Below, one piece after another: positions 17,512-26,193 of a DNA stretch of 42,735 nucleotides. The notes under the pieces are model-generated. The model saw nothing but the letters and a program-made list of their open reading frames with translations. It searched no databases and was not told the origin of the DNA. Position 1 is the stretch's first letter; every line of letters begins with the position of its first letter. Origin of the DNA: Candidatus Uhrbacteria bacterium (GTDB lineage: Bacteria > Patescibacteriota > Patescibacteriia > JACQRZ01). Position numbers and translations under genes: made by a program. The stretch spans positions 1 through 42,735 of the forward strand of contig JACQSA010000005.1 of assembly GCA_016206145.1 (NCBI GenBank), given 5' to 3'.

Positions 17512-20500
17512 AGAAGTAAAACCATCATCGCAAGATGTAATAGCTGAGACTTTTCATCGTGCGGAGCGTGTACAGTATTCACCAGCTTTTTCGCAGGAGA
17601 TAGTTACGCGACTCAAGCCCAGAGAGAACGAACAAACGAACGAATATATTCATCGTTTGCTCTCAGGCAAAGATCGCAACACTTTTGCAATTGCACCAGA
17701 GGTACGAGTCTTCCTTGCTGACCTTGCGTCGAAAGGCGATATGGTGCCGCGGCAAGAATTGGAAGCGTTTCTTCTTGCGTTAGCTGCCACGCCAAAACCT
17801 GCGGATCAAGTGAAGCTTCTTGATCGATCAAAGAATTTTTTAGATGCAGAGACTCTGAAGAGAAAAAGACATGAATGGAGTCGGTATTTTTTGAATCAAT
17901 TCGTTCTTGAAACTGTTGAACCGCAAGCAGCGCTCTTTGAGTATTATGGCAACCTCACGCCAGAAGAACGCAAATCACTCGGCGCTAAAATCGAACAATC
18001 GCTTGAAACGGCGCAAAAAAAAGAGTATGCACGCGATGGTACGCTACTCCTGTATAAAAGCATGACACTAGAAGAAAGATTTCGGTACCAGCATTATATT
18101 GATCGCACCCTAGAGATAGTATTAGAATCGTTTCGATTTGACTTTGTTCAAAATACGGCTCTACTCTTGTTTGATTTTTTTAAAAGTTTGAGATCTGAAG
18201 AATTTGCTCATTATCAGGAACCATTTCGTGAATTCATAGAAAAACTTCGACGAAGTAAGAACCACGGACTTTTACTTCAGAACATAGGGGAATTGTCTAG
18301 GGAAATACGGGAAGAACACGCTGATAGTATTCAATGGGCATTTGATCAAGATGAATTAGATGGAGCGATTCCATCCGTGATTATATACTATGCATCTTTG
18401 CCTCCCGCAGAGAGAAAGGGGCATCAAAATGCAATCCAATCAGCTCTCCAGCGTCATATTGCAATGGGAGATTATGTCACTGTGTTGAAATTCTGTTCAA
18501 CGCTTTCTGCCGAAGAGAGACCATTGTGTGCCGACATCATAGAAGCATCTGTGGAGTATATATATGAGTATTCTGACGATAATCCCAAATCTAGTTATGA
18601 GATATTGCTTGAGTATTATGCACATTCTTCACCAGACGTACGCGCTAGCGGGCAATCTCGTATTGATGAAATTTTCTCTATGCCACATACGGGGCGATAC
18701 CCTAGAGTGAATATTAGAGCATTGTTTCAATTTCTTGCCGAAATTCCTTCCGAAGAACGAAGTGTCAAGTACATGGATCGCATGAAGATCGTTCTTTCTT
18801 CGTATCTTAGTAACGGCAAGCAGGATGACGATGCTCCTTTATTCGCTTTTCTCGCATCGCTTACCTCTCAGGAGCGGACGGAATTGAGTGAGCCTATATC
18901 TGGTATTATTCGCCAAGAGCTTAGATCGAATGTTGGCTTTGGAAAGTTCGCCCGACTTTGTGGCGCACTCGGTGTAGAGGATCGCGAATTGTTATCTCCT
19001 GATATGCCAAGCCGGATCCCGCATGCGCTCGCAAGCGAATGCGGTAACCTCGAACTCAAGGAATATTATTTGAAAGAGCTCTGTAAGTATGTGATATTGC
19101 ATAATGAATCGCTGCTCGCGCTTGACCTGCTCATGCGCCCTCGAAAGGCAATCGCGCTGACGCTAGGTTTGCAAGCTCTTGAGGTTACAGACCCATTACC
19201 CGCATTGAGTTGGGATTTGTCATCACAGCAACGCGAAACACTTCTCCTTTCTTTTAAAGAGTTGATTGACAGCAATAACCTTTCGGTTAATTCCATCGGT
19301 CGTCTTTCCTTGCCATATCGACCACGCGGTCGGCAAGGAAAGGGATTTGAGGATCATTTGGTTAGATGGTTTACAACGCTTCGATTCTTTTACTCGCTAC
19401 CGGTCGACATCGGTCCGAATATAGCAAGTGCACATATAAGAAAATTTCGCGACATTGTTGAACAATCAGATCCATCTCTTCGCAGTCATGTTTTTTTACG
19501 GCAAATACTTAAAGAAATACGAGCATTACAATCTCGCATCCCCGATATTTTAAAAGACGCTATAGACAGCCCTGATCTTTCATCTGATGATATTATGAAT
19601 TTTTTCGAACGCTGGAACAATGATGTCGCGTCAATACTGGTGTATGCTTCTCGCGTGCAAAAAGAGGGCAGCAACCAGGAGGATACGCACGTTTCCAAAA
19701 ATTTGCTAGCAGAGATAATACATGGAGAGGTCAATAATGATTTTTTTGATCGGCGATACGATCTCAAAGACCCGCTGGTCAGAAAGCAGCTCAAACCGCT
19801 TATTGGCGGCTTGCCAAAAGTTAAAGCAAAGGAAGTTCTCACGGCATATCACGAAGGCGCTCGATTTTTACATAACGCAGAAGGAGAGCAAGAGGGAGGT
19901 GGAGTCTTTGACCTCCCGATTCCATTACCCCAACACGTCATAGATCATCTCGCTGAACAAATTTTTCTCGACCGTCATGTACACGAGCTTTTTAAACTCC
20001 CTGCCTTTTCCGGTCTCACTCGTGCAGAATGGACGCGTGCTACACAATTTGGGTTTGGGTTCTTTCGTCGAGGAGGCGAACCATGGGAAGAAGTCTACAC
20101 AAAGCCCACTGAATTCAGAAAACGCTATGACGGTAAGGTACCCAGTGAGTATATTGAGGCTTTCATTTCCCTTCATCAATTTTTTGGAGATGTATGCAAA
20201 GGAAGGAAACCACCTTCAAAGTTATTAAAAAAGTTTGAAATTTTTGCGCAAAAATTTCCTAAGGATCTTATTGCGAGTGGTGTCATGCAAGGTGACATAT
20301 TTTCGTACTTACAAGCAGAGCTTACTGCACTCCAAATTCCTCGATCTCGTGAGGCTCAAGCGAGAAGAGCACTCCTCATCCATACTACTGATCATCCAAA
20401 GACGCTTCTTGAGATCGGGAAATACCCTGCAAATACAGGCTCTTGTCAAAGTTATGATTATCCGAGTTTTACACTCGCACAGTGTCTTTTGGGATACGTA

Positions 20501-20968
20501 TTTGATGCTCATATCATGGCAACGGTTGTAAGGGAATTCGAAGTACCACCATCGCTTACAAGGGTTGATGACGTTGAAATACTTTCTATTGACGAACGGC
20601 TTTTATCTGCGCAAATTCAGTCTTCAGATGGATCTGTTTTTAGCATAAAAATCACTAAGCCTATTGCCCGCGAGATTAGTTTTTTTGGAAAAAAGGGAAA
20701 GCAATGCATCGTAAGTCCTGCAAGAGAATATGTCCAACCAGGTGCTATGCAACATGATTTGGCGCGCCAACTTCTTACTGACTCCTGGGAGCAGTTTACA
20801 CAAAAACTGAAAGATAAGGGTGCAAACATTCGCTTACACAACCCTAATGAAAATGATGTTACTATTGCAGGGAGCAGGAACCCGGCTGGGCACTACAACG
20901 ATATTGTTTCTGGAGCGTGCGGTGAGCATGGAGAGTCATATATGCTTTCCCGTTCAGATGATATGTGA
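17504..20968 (+). CDS. large hypothetical protein (1154 aa) with N-terminal helical repeats
   Basis: Uninterrupted ORF overlapping the GT4 stop by 8 nt. Residues ~140-500 carry about ten repeats of 35-42 aa with an aromatic pair followed by L-[STP]-x-E-E-R (LTPEER, MTLEER, LPPAER, LSAEER, IPSEER, LTSQER). No family recognised for the C-terminal ~650 aa. Confidence 0.7.
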   Translation: MRKEVKPSSQDVIAETFHRAERVQYSPAFSQEIVTRLKPRENEQTNEYIHRLLSGKDRNTFAIAPEVRVFLADLASKGDMVPRQELEAFLLALAATPKPADQVKLLDRSKNFLDAETLKRKRHEWSRYFLNQFVLETVEPQAALFEYYGNLTPEERKSLGAKIEQSLETAQKKEYARDGTLLLYKSMTLEERFRYQHYIDRTLEIVLESFRFDFVQNTALLLFDFFKSLRSEEFAHYQEPFREFIEKLRRSKNHGLLLQNIGELSREIREEHADSIQWAFDQDELDGAIPSVIIYYASLPPAERKGHQNAIQSALQRHIAMGDYVTVLKFCSTLSAEERPLCADIIEASVEYIYEYSDDNPKSSYEILLEYYAHSSPDVRASGQSRIDEIFSMPHTGRYPRVNIRALFQFLAEIPSEERSVKYMDRMKIVLSSYLSNGKQDDDAPLFAFLASLTSQERTELSEPISGIIRQELRSNVGFGKFARLCGALGVEDRELLSPDMPSRIPHALASECGNLELKEYYLKELCKYVILHNESLLALDLLMRPRKAIALTLGLQALEVTDPLPALSWDLSSQQRETLLLSFKELIDSNNLSVNSIGRLSLPYRPRGRQGKGFEDHLVRWFTTLRFFYSLPVDIGPNIASAHIRKFRDIVEQSDPSLRSHVFLRQILKEIRALQSRIPDILKDAIDSPDLSSDDIMNFFERWNNDVASILVYASRVQKEGSNQEDTHVSKNLLAEIIHGEVNNDFFDRRYDLKDPLVRKQLKPLIGGLPKVKAKEVLTAYHEGARFLHNAEGEQEGGGVFDLPIPLPQHVIDHLAEQIFLDRHVHELFKLPAFSGLTRAEWTRATQFGFGFFRRGGEPWEEVYTKPTEFRKRYDGKVPSEYIEAFISLHQFFGDVCKGRKPPSKLLKKFEIFAQKFPKDLIASGVMQGDIFSYLQAELTALQIPRSREAQARRALLIHTTDHPKTLLEIGKYPANTGSCQSYDYPSFTLAQCLLGYVFDAHIMATVVREFEVPPSLTRVDDVEILSIDERLLSAQIQSSDGSVFSIKITKPIAREISFFGKKGKQCIVSPAREYVQPGAMQHDLARQLLTDSWEQFTQKLKDKGANIRLHNPNENDVTIAGSRNPAGHYNDIVSGACGEHGESYMLSRSDDM

Positions 20969-20980
20969 TACACTTTTTTC

Positions 20981-21718
20981 ATGGTTGATCAAATATCAAA
21001 GCAGTATATTTCGGTGTTATCTGAAGCGAGGGCTAGCGGGCTTCTCCATCATGCGTATCTTTTGGTGGGTTCTTTACAGTCTTCAAAAAAACAGATAGCA
21101 GAAAATTTTTTACAGACATTACCCGCGTATGATCGCATGCATTGCACTCTTGAAGATAAAGAAAATAAAGAGGAAACACGCACGACGATTTCTATTGATC
21201 AAATACGTGAAGTCATACACTCGCTGACTCGGATTGCTGAAGAAGGCAAGTATCGCGTGATTTGGATCGATCCGGCAGAAGCGCTTACAAAAGAAGCGGC
21301 AAATGCCTTACTTAAAGTGCTAGAGGAGCCGCCAGCACATACCCTTTTTCTGCTTTTCTCGCAAAGCGTTCGAAGCGTGTTGCCTACTATAGCATCGCGT
21401 TGCCATATTCTTCGATTTCCTCTGCCCACTCGCAAGGAACTCTCTTCCTCATTTGATCAAATGCGCAGCACGGATATCTATGCAAAGATGGAGCCCCTCA
21501 TATTAGAAGACAGTTTTGAAAAACTTATTGGATTTAGTCGTGTATCTGTTGATGATTTTGATGGGATTGAATACACTTTAGAACACTATATTCATAATTC
21601 AAACAATCAGAATCAATATGCTCACGCGCTACGCTCTTATCTGGGATTGAGGGAGTGCAAAAGCGCATACAAAAATCATGTCACTAAGACGGGGTGCGTT
21701 GATTTGATGCATTTATGA
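20981..21718 (+). CDS. holB: DNA polymerase III delta' subunit
   Basis: HHAYLLVGS..., KYRVIWIDPAEALTKEAANALLKVLEEPPAHTLFLLFS and SRC (sensor) motifs of clamp-loader AAA+ subunits. Confidence 0.8.
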   Translation: MVDQISKQYISVLSEARASGLLHHAYLLVGSLQSSKKQIAENFLQTLPAYDRMHCTLEDKENKEETRTTISIDQIREVIHSLTRIAEEGKYRVIWIDPAEALTKEAANALLKVLEEPPAHTLFLLFSQSVRSVLPTIASRCHILRFPLPTRKELSSSFDQMRSTDIYAKMEPLILEDSFEKLIGFSRVSVDDFDGIEYTLEHYIHNSNNQNQYAHALRSYLGLRECKSAYKNHVTKTGCVDLMHL

Positions 21719-22839
21719 TCAATGGATCTTACACCAAGAATGATCTGCTTTCGTTTGCGCGTACCGCAAGCGTGCTTGTACTTATCATAACAGGCTTTCT
21801 TTTTTTGGGAGCCGCATGCAGCCTAAAAACTTCAGCGGCAAAAACGCCTGGACTTTTTAAATCAGTAGATAAAGGCGCAACATGGAAACCGAAAACAATC
21901 ATGTTCACGGCAAAAGGAAATAAAAGCAGACTTGCGGATATCGAAGTCGTATCTCTTGCGATCGATCCGCGCAATTCGAATTACGTGTTCATGGGTACAT
22001 TGCAGGACGGACTGTATGCTTCAGAGAATGCGGGAGAGTCGTGGACACTTTTGATTCCAAGCAATCGGATCAACGACATAGCATTTGACCTCAGTTCGCG
22101 CTGTGTACTGTACGCGCTCACCCCCAAACAACTCTACAAAACGTCTGACTGCGCAAGTAGCTGGGATGTCATACTCAACGAAACTCGCTCGGATGTCGAC
22201 CTCACTAGTATGGTCTTAGACACGTTATCGCCACATATACTCTATGTGACAACAAGCGCGGGCGATATATTTCAAAGCCAGGATCGAGGGGTCACATGGA
22301 AGCCTTTATATCGTTTCTCGCAAACATCGATTCGGAAAATTATTGTTGACCGATATCATCCTGAGATTCTTTATATCGTAACGGCGAGTGGCGATATCTA
22401 TCGTTCTGGCGATAGGGGATTTCTTTGGGACCTTATTTCAGGATATATTAAAAAAGAGTATAATTCGGATACGCTCTATCGCGGTCTTATCGGACTCTCG
22501 CGTGAAGATAGTATTTTATTTGCTTCGCGCGATGCTCTTTATCGCACAATAAACGCAGGCAAGACATGGCAACGGCTTTCGCTCTTGACGAGACAGGCTG
22601 AAACCATTATCTTCGCATTAGCGGTAAACCCGGAGAATGATTCAGAAATATATTACACAACACGCGATACGTTATACCGCACTTCTGATGCAGGAAAGAC
22701 GTGGCAAGCAGATCCATTGCCGCCGCAACGTTCCGGGTCGGTCATTGCCATTGATCCGAATAATATCGCGCATATGTATCTTGGATTGCGTGCGCTGCAA
22801 AAAAAATCCCGCTTTTTTTATTCACCCAATGAAGAGTAA
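21715..22839 (+). CDS. BNR/Asp-box repeat beta-propeller protein (Ycf48/sortilin-like), membrane or lipid anchored
   Basis: Six Asp-box-like motifs: SVDKGATW, SENAGESW, SQDRGVTW, SGDRGFLW, INAGKTW and SDAGKTW. N-terminal hydrophobic segment ends in LGAAC. ATGA overlap with holB. Confidence 0.7.
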   Translation: MINGSYTKNDLLSFARTASVLVLIITGFLFLGAACSLKTSAAKTPGLFKSVDKGATWKPKTIMFTAKGNKSRLADIEVVSLAIDPRNSNYVFMGTLQDGLYASENAGESWTLLIPSNRINDIAFDLSSRCVLYALTPKQLYKTSDCASSWDVILNETRSDVDLTSMVLDTLSPHILYVTTSAGDIFQSQDRGVTWKPLYRFSQTSIRKIIVDRYHPEILYIVTASGDIYRSGDRGFLWDLISGYIKKEYNSDTLYRGLIGLSREDSILFASRDALYRTINAGKTWQRLSLLTRQAETIIFALAVNPENDSEIYYTTRDTLYRTSDAGKTWQADPLPPQRSGSVIAIDPNNIAHMYLGLRALQKKSRFFYSPNEE

Positions 22840-22857
22840 CATGGCTTATCTCACTAT

Positions 22858-23409
22858 ATGACGGATATAAAATCATGCACGCAGGAATTCGAAAAACAAG
22901 TGTCCCATTTTCGCGATGAACTATCGCGCCTGCGCACAGGACGTGCGAATGCGTCGTTAGTTGAACATGTGTCGGTCGACGCATATGGGATTCTTACGCC
23001 GCTTCTTCAGCTTGCATCTATCAGTATTCCCGACGCTCGCACTATACTTATATCGCCTTGGGACGCATCAATCCTCAAAGAAATCGAAAAAGCGATTGTA
23101 CTCGCGCAGGTGGGTGCGCAACCGATGAACGACGGAAGTGCGATCCGTGTATCGTTGCCTGCCCTCACAGAAGAAAATCGAAAGACTCTTGTCAAACTTC
23201 TTAATGAGCGCACGGAAAAAGCACGCGTTGCCGCCAGAGGAATCCGCGATGAGGTCAAAGAATCAATCATATCCGCGCATAAAAAGAAAGAGCTTACAGA
23301 TGATGATAAGTTCCAGCAGCTAAAAAAGCTTGACGAGATAACTCGCAAATATACGGACATGATGGACGCCATACGGGCAACAAAGGAAAAAGAAATCATG
23401 TCAATATAA
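22858..23409 (+). CDS. frr: ribosome recycling factor
   Basis: 183 aa with FRDELSRLRTGRANASLVEHVSVDAYG and ISPWD...LPALTEENRK, which is canonical RRF. Confidence 0.92.
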   Translation: MTDIKSCTQEFEKQVSHFRDELSRLRTGRANASLVEHVSVDAYGILTPLLQLASISIPDARTILISPWDASILKEIEKAIVLAQVGAQPMNDGSAIRVSLPALTEENRKTLVKLLNERTEKARVAARGIRDEVKESIISAHKKKELTDDDKFQQLKKLDEITRKYTDMMDAIRATKEKEIMSI

Positions 23410-23417
23410 CCAGGACT

Positions 23418-24491
23418 ATGATCGATACATTATTCACAATCGCTCTTCTTTTAGTTATTCTCAGCGTACTGGTCGTCATTCACGAATTGGGCCATTTTGT
23501 GGCTGCGCGGATTTTTGGAGTTGCAGTGGAAGAATTCGGTTTAGGATTTCCGCCACGGGCCGCAATACTAAAGAAAGGGAAGCAGACAACATATACACTG
23601 AATTGGCTCCCATTCGGAGGTTTTGTGAAATTGAAAGGAGAGCAAGGAGAATCGCGCGATGCAGATAGTTTTTCCGCTCAAGCAATATGGAAAAAAATAG
23701 TTATCCTTGCCGCGGGCGTGTGCATGAATCTTGTATTTACGGTTTTTGTATTTACTGTAGGATTTACCTTCGGAGTGCCTCAGAGCGTGGAAGGAGTATC
23801 GGATATCTCCTCACTGCGGGATTTTCGTGTCCAAATCATAAATGTCAGGCCGGATAGTCCCGCGCAAGAAGCCGGACTGCAGAGCGGGGATAGCATCAAG
23901 TCAATCAGCGGCCAATCGTTTACAAAGATATCAGACATACAGCAGTATCTTGGTAGTCGCGAGGGCATACCGCTTTCTGTTGAGATTCAACGAGTAGATA
24001 CCCCTCCTCTTTTCATAGATATTGCTCCCAGAAAACTTAGCGAGAACGGACCTGTAGGATTTGGAGTCGGGCTTGTTGCCATGGCTACTGTTTCCTATCC
24101 TGTGCATATCGCTTTTTGGGAGTCTGTCAAGACGACCGGCGTGCTTGCAAAAACCATATTTTTGACGTTGGGAAACGCCTTTCAGAAACGGGAATTTGAT
24201 GGATTCGTAGGACCTGTCGGCATTGCCAAGCATGCGGCTGAGGCTGCAAAGCTTGGGATTTCTTACCTTCTCAATTTAATGGCGCTTATTTCCGTGAGCC
24301 TCGCGATTTTTAATGTATTGCCGATCCCTGCGCTTGACGGAGGGAGAATCCTTTTTGCCATTATTGAAAAAATCAGAGGCCGGACAATAAAACCTGAAGT
24401 AGAAAATAGCATCCATCTAGTCGGTTTTGTTCTTTTACTGGTTCTTTTACTGGTCGTTACTGTCCGTGACGTTGGCAATATAATACGGTAA
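23418..24491 (+). CDS. rseP: RIP zinc metalloprotease RseP (site-2 protease)
   Basis: HELGHF (HExxH) in TM1, a central PDZ-like segment, and C-terminal NVLPIPALDGGR (the LDG motif). Confidence 0.85.
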   Translation: MIDTLFTIALLLVILSVLVVIHELGHFVAARIFGVAVEEFGLGFPPRAAILKKGKQTTYTLNWLPFGGFVKLKGEQGESRDADSFSAQAIWKKIVILAAGVCMNLVFTVFVFTVGFTFGVPQSVEGVSDISSLRDFRVQIINVRPDSPAQEAGLQSGDSIKSISGQSFTKISDIQQYLGSREGIPLSVEIQRVDTPPLFIDIAPRKLSENGPVGFGVGLVAMATVSYPVHIAFWESVKTTGVLAKTIFLTLGNAFQKREFDGFVGPVGIAKHAAEAAKLGISYLLNLMALISVSLAIFNVLPIPALDGGRILFAIIEKIRGRTIKPEVENSIHLVGFVLLLVLLLVVTVRDVGNIIR

Positions 24492-24513
24492 GCAATATAG
24501 CGACCCTACCCTG

Positions 24514-25014
24514 ATGGATGTCGATATTTTCTTTTTCTTGAATCAATTTGCAGGACTTGATTCACGCGTAGATCAAGTCATTTATTTTCTGGCAGTATAT
24601 GCAATTTTTATATTTCCACTTTTTCTTATTGGACTTCGTGCGTGGAGGGCAACGCTTTTTAAAGGGATCTATGCGCTTTGCATCGCGTATCTTGCGAATG
24701 CGTTGATTGCGCTTGCCTGGTACCGCGAACGCCCATTTCGCGACCTTGACGCACACGTGGGTGTGGACACATCAACGCTTTTTGATTCATTTCCTTCCGA
24801 TCATGCCGCGTTGGCTGCGAGCGCCGCAGTGATCATCCTTTTTGCTTCACGCAGAAGAGGAATAGCTGCAGCAGCGCTTGCTGTGTGTATCGCAGTATCA
24901 CGAATTGTCGTGGGAGTGCACTATCCTTCTGACGTAATGGCAGGTATCGGCATTGGGATACTTTCAGCGGTTCTGGTAGAGCATTACATCAGTAAAAAAA
25001 ATCACAACGTATGA
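24514..25014 (+). CDS. PAP2-family phosphatase (undecaprenyl-diphosphatase-like)
   Basis: PAP2 motifs RERPF, SFPSDHAA and SRIVVGVHYPSDV, with several TM helices. Confidence 0.75.
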   Translation: MDVDIFFFLNQFAGLDSRVDQVIYFLAVYAIFIFPLFLIGLRAWRATLFKGIYALCIAYLANALIALAWYRERPFRDLDAHVGVDTSTLFDSFPSDHAALAASAAVIILFASRRRGIAAAALAVCIAVSRIVVGVHYPSDVMAGIGIGILSAVLVEHYISKKNHNV

Positions 25015-25991
25015 GAGCGGTCGGTATCTTTCTTTCTATATTTTTTATAGGGATACTTTTTTTTGCATACCGAATTTTTTCACCTGTACACATGAATGTG
25101 CCTGTCATGCGATTTTCAGTAGCTCCCGGGTTATCATCTGACCAGCTTGCAAATGAGTTGGCAGAAAAGGGAATATTTCGCAATAGTATAGATTTTTCGC
25201 TTATCCACTTCATTACTCCGCAAATTGCAAAAGAGGGGATTTATTATTTCGTGGAAGGGATGAGCGAGTATGAGATATATCGCGCTCTTGCCGCGGGACC
25301 TGTGCGCAAAGAAAAAATCATCACTATTATCGAGGGTTGGACATTACATGACATCGCCGAGTATCTTTCTGGCCAAGGATTTGAAAGTCCAGGAGTATTT
25401 ATCGCCACAGCAACTCAGGATTGGAGTGCATCACATTCTTTTTTGCAGCGCGCGCAAGGACTCTCGTCTCTTGAGGGCTACCTCTTTCCTGACACGTATA
25501 GGGTCTATGAGGATTCATCCTCGCGGGATATAATTGGAAAAATGCTTTTGAATTTCGATAAAAAGTTTTCTTCTGAAATGAAACACGATATTCAAAACAA
25601 CGGGCGTACCATCCATGAGGTCGTGACACTTGCCAGCATTATCGAGCGGGAGGTGCCAAAAGACCAAGACCGCGTGCTTGTGTCTGATATATTTTTACGG
25701 AGACTCAAGAAAAATATGGCCTTGCAAGCCGATTCCACAGTGAATTATGTGACAGGCAAAAGCTCGCCACAAGTGAGCCTTTCCGACACCTCTATTGATT
25801 CGCCATACAATACCTACAAGTATCGTGGATTGCCCCCGGGACCAATCGGGAACCCAAGCCTTTCATCTCTGAGGGCAGCTATCTATCCGCAGCCCAATCC
25901 CTATTTTTATTTTCTTACGGGAAAAGACGGAAGAGTCCATTATAGTAAAACATTCGAGGAACATAAGAAAAAAAAGGATATGTATTTATGA
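25011..25991 (+). CDS. mltG: endolytic murein transglycosylase MltG (YceG-like)
   Basis: N-terminal TM, LASIIEREV, LQADSTVNY and SPYNTYKYRGLPPGPIGNPS. Confidence 0.88.
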   Translation: MRAVGIFLSIFFIGILFFAYRIFSPVHMNVPVMRFSVAPGLSSDQLANELAEKGIFRNSIDFSLIHFITPQIAKEGIYYFVEGMSEYEIYRALAAGPVRKEKIITIIEGWTLHDIAEYLSGQGFESPGVFIATATQDWSASHSFLQRAQGLSSLEGYLFPDTYRVYEDSSSRDIIGKMLLNFDKKFSSEMKHDIQNNGRTIHEVVTLASIIEREVPKDQDRVLVSDIFLRRLKKNMALQADSTVNYVTGKSSPQVSLSDTSIDSPYNTYKYRGLPPGPIGNPSLSSLRAAIYPQPNPYFYFLTGKDGRVHYSKTFEEHKKKKDMYL

Positions 25992-26193
25992 TGCGCGTAT
26001 GAAGAATTATTCTCGCTCCAAGGGCAAAAAAGGCACGACGCAATATCGTACTCCAAGCAGTTTTCGGGTGCGAAAGGCAATTGCTTCACGTATTTGTGCT
26101 GTTCCGAAAGCATTACGGCAGCCTCGTTACACTGTTCAATAATATACGATCTTTGCTATACTCTACAAAGCAGTTCATAATTCTATATATAAT

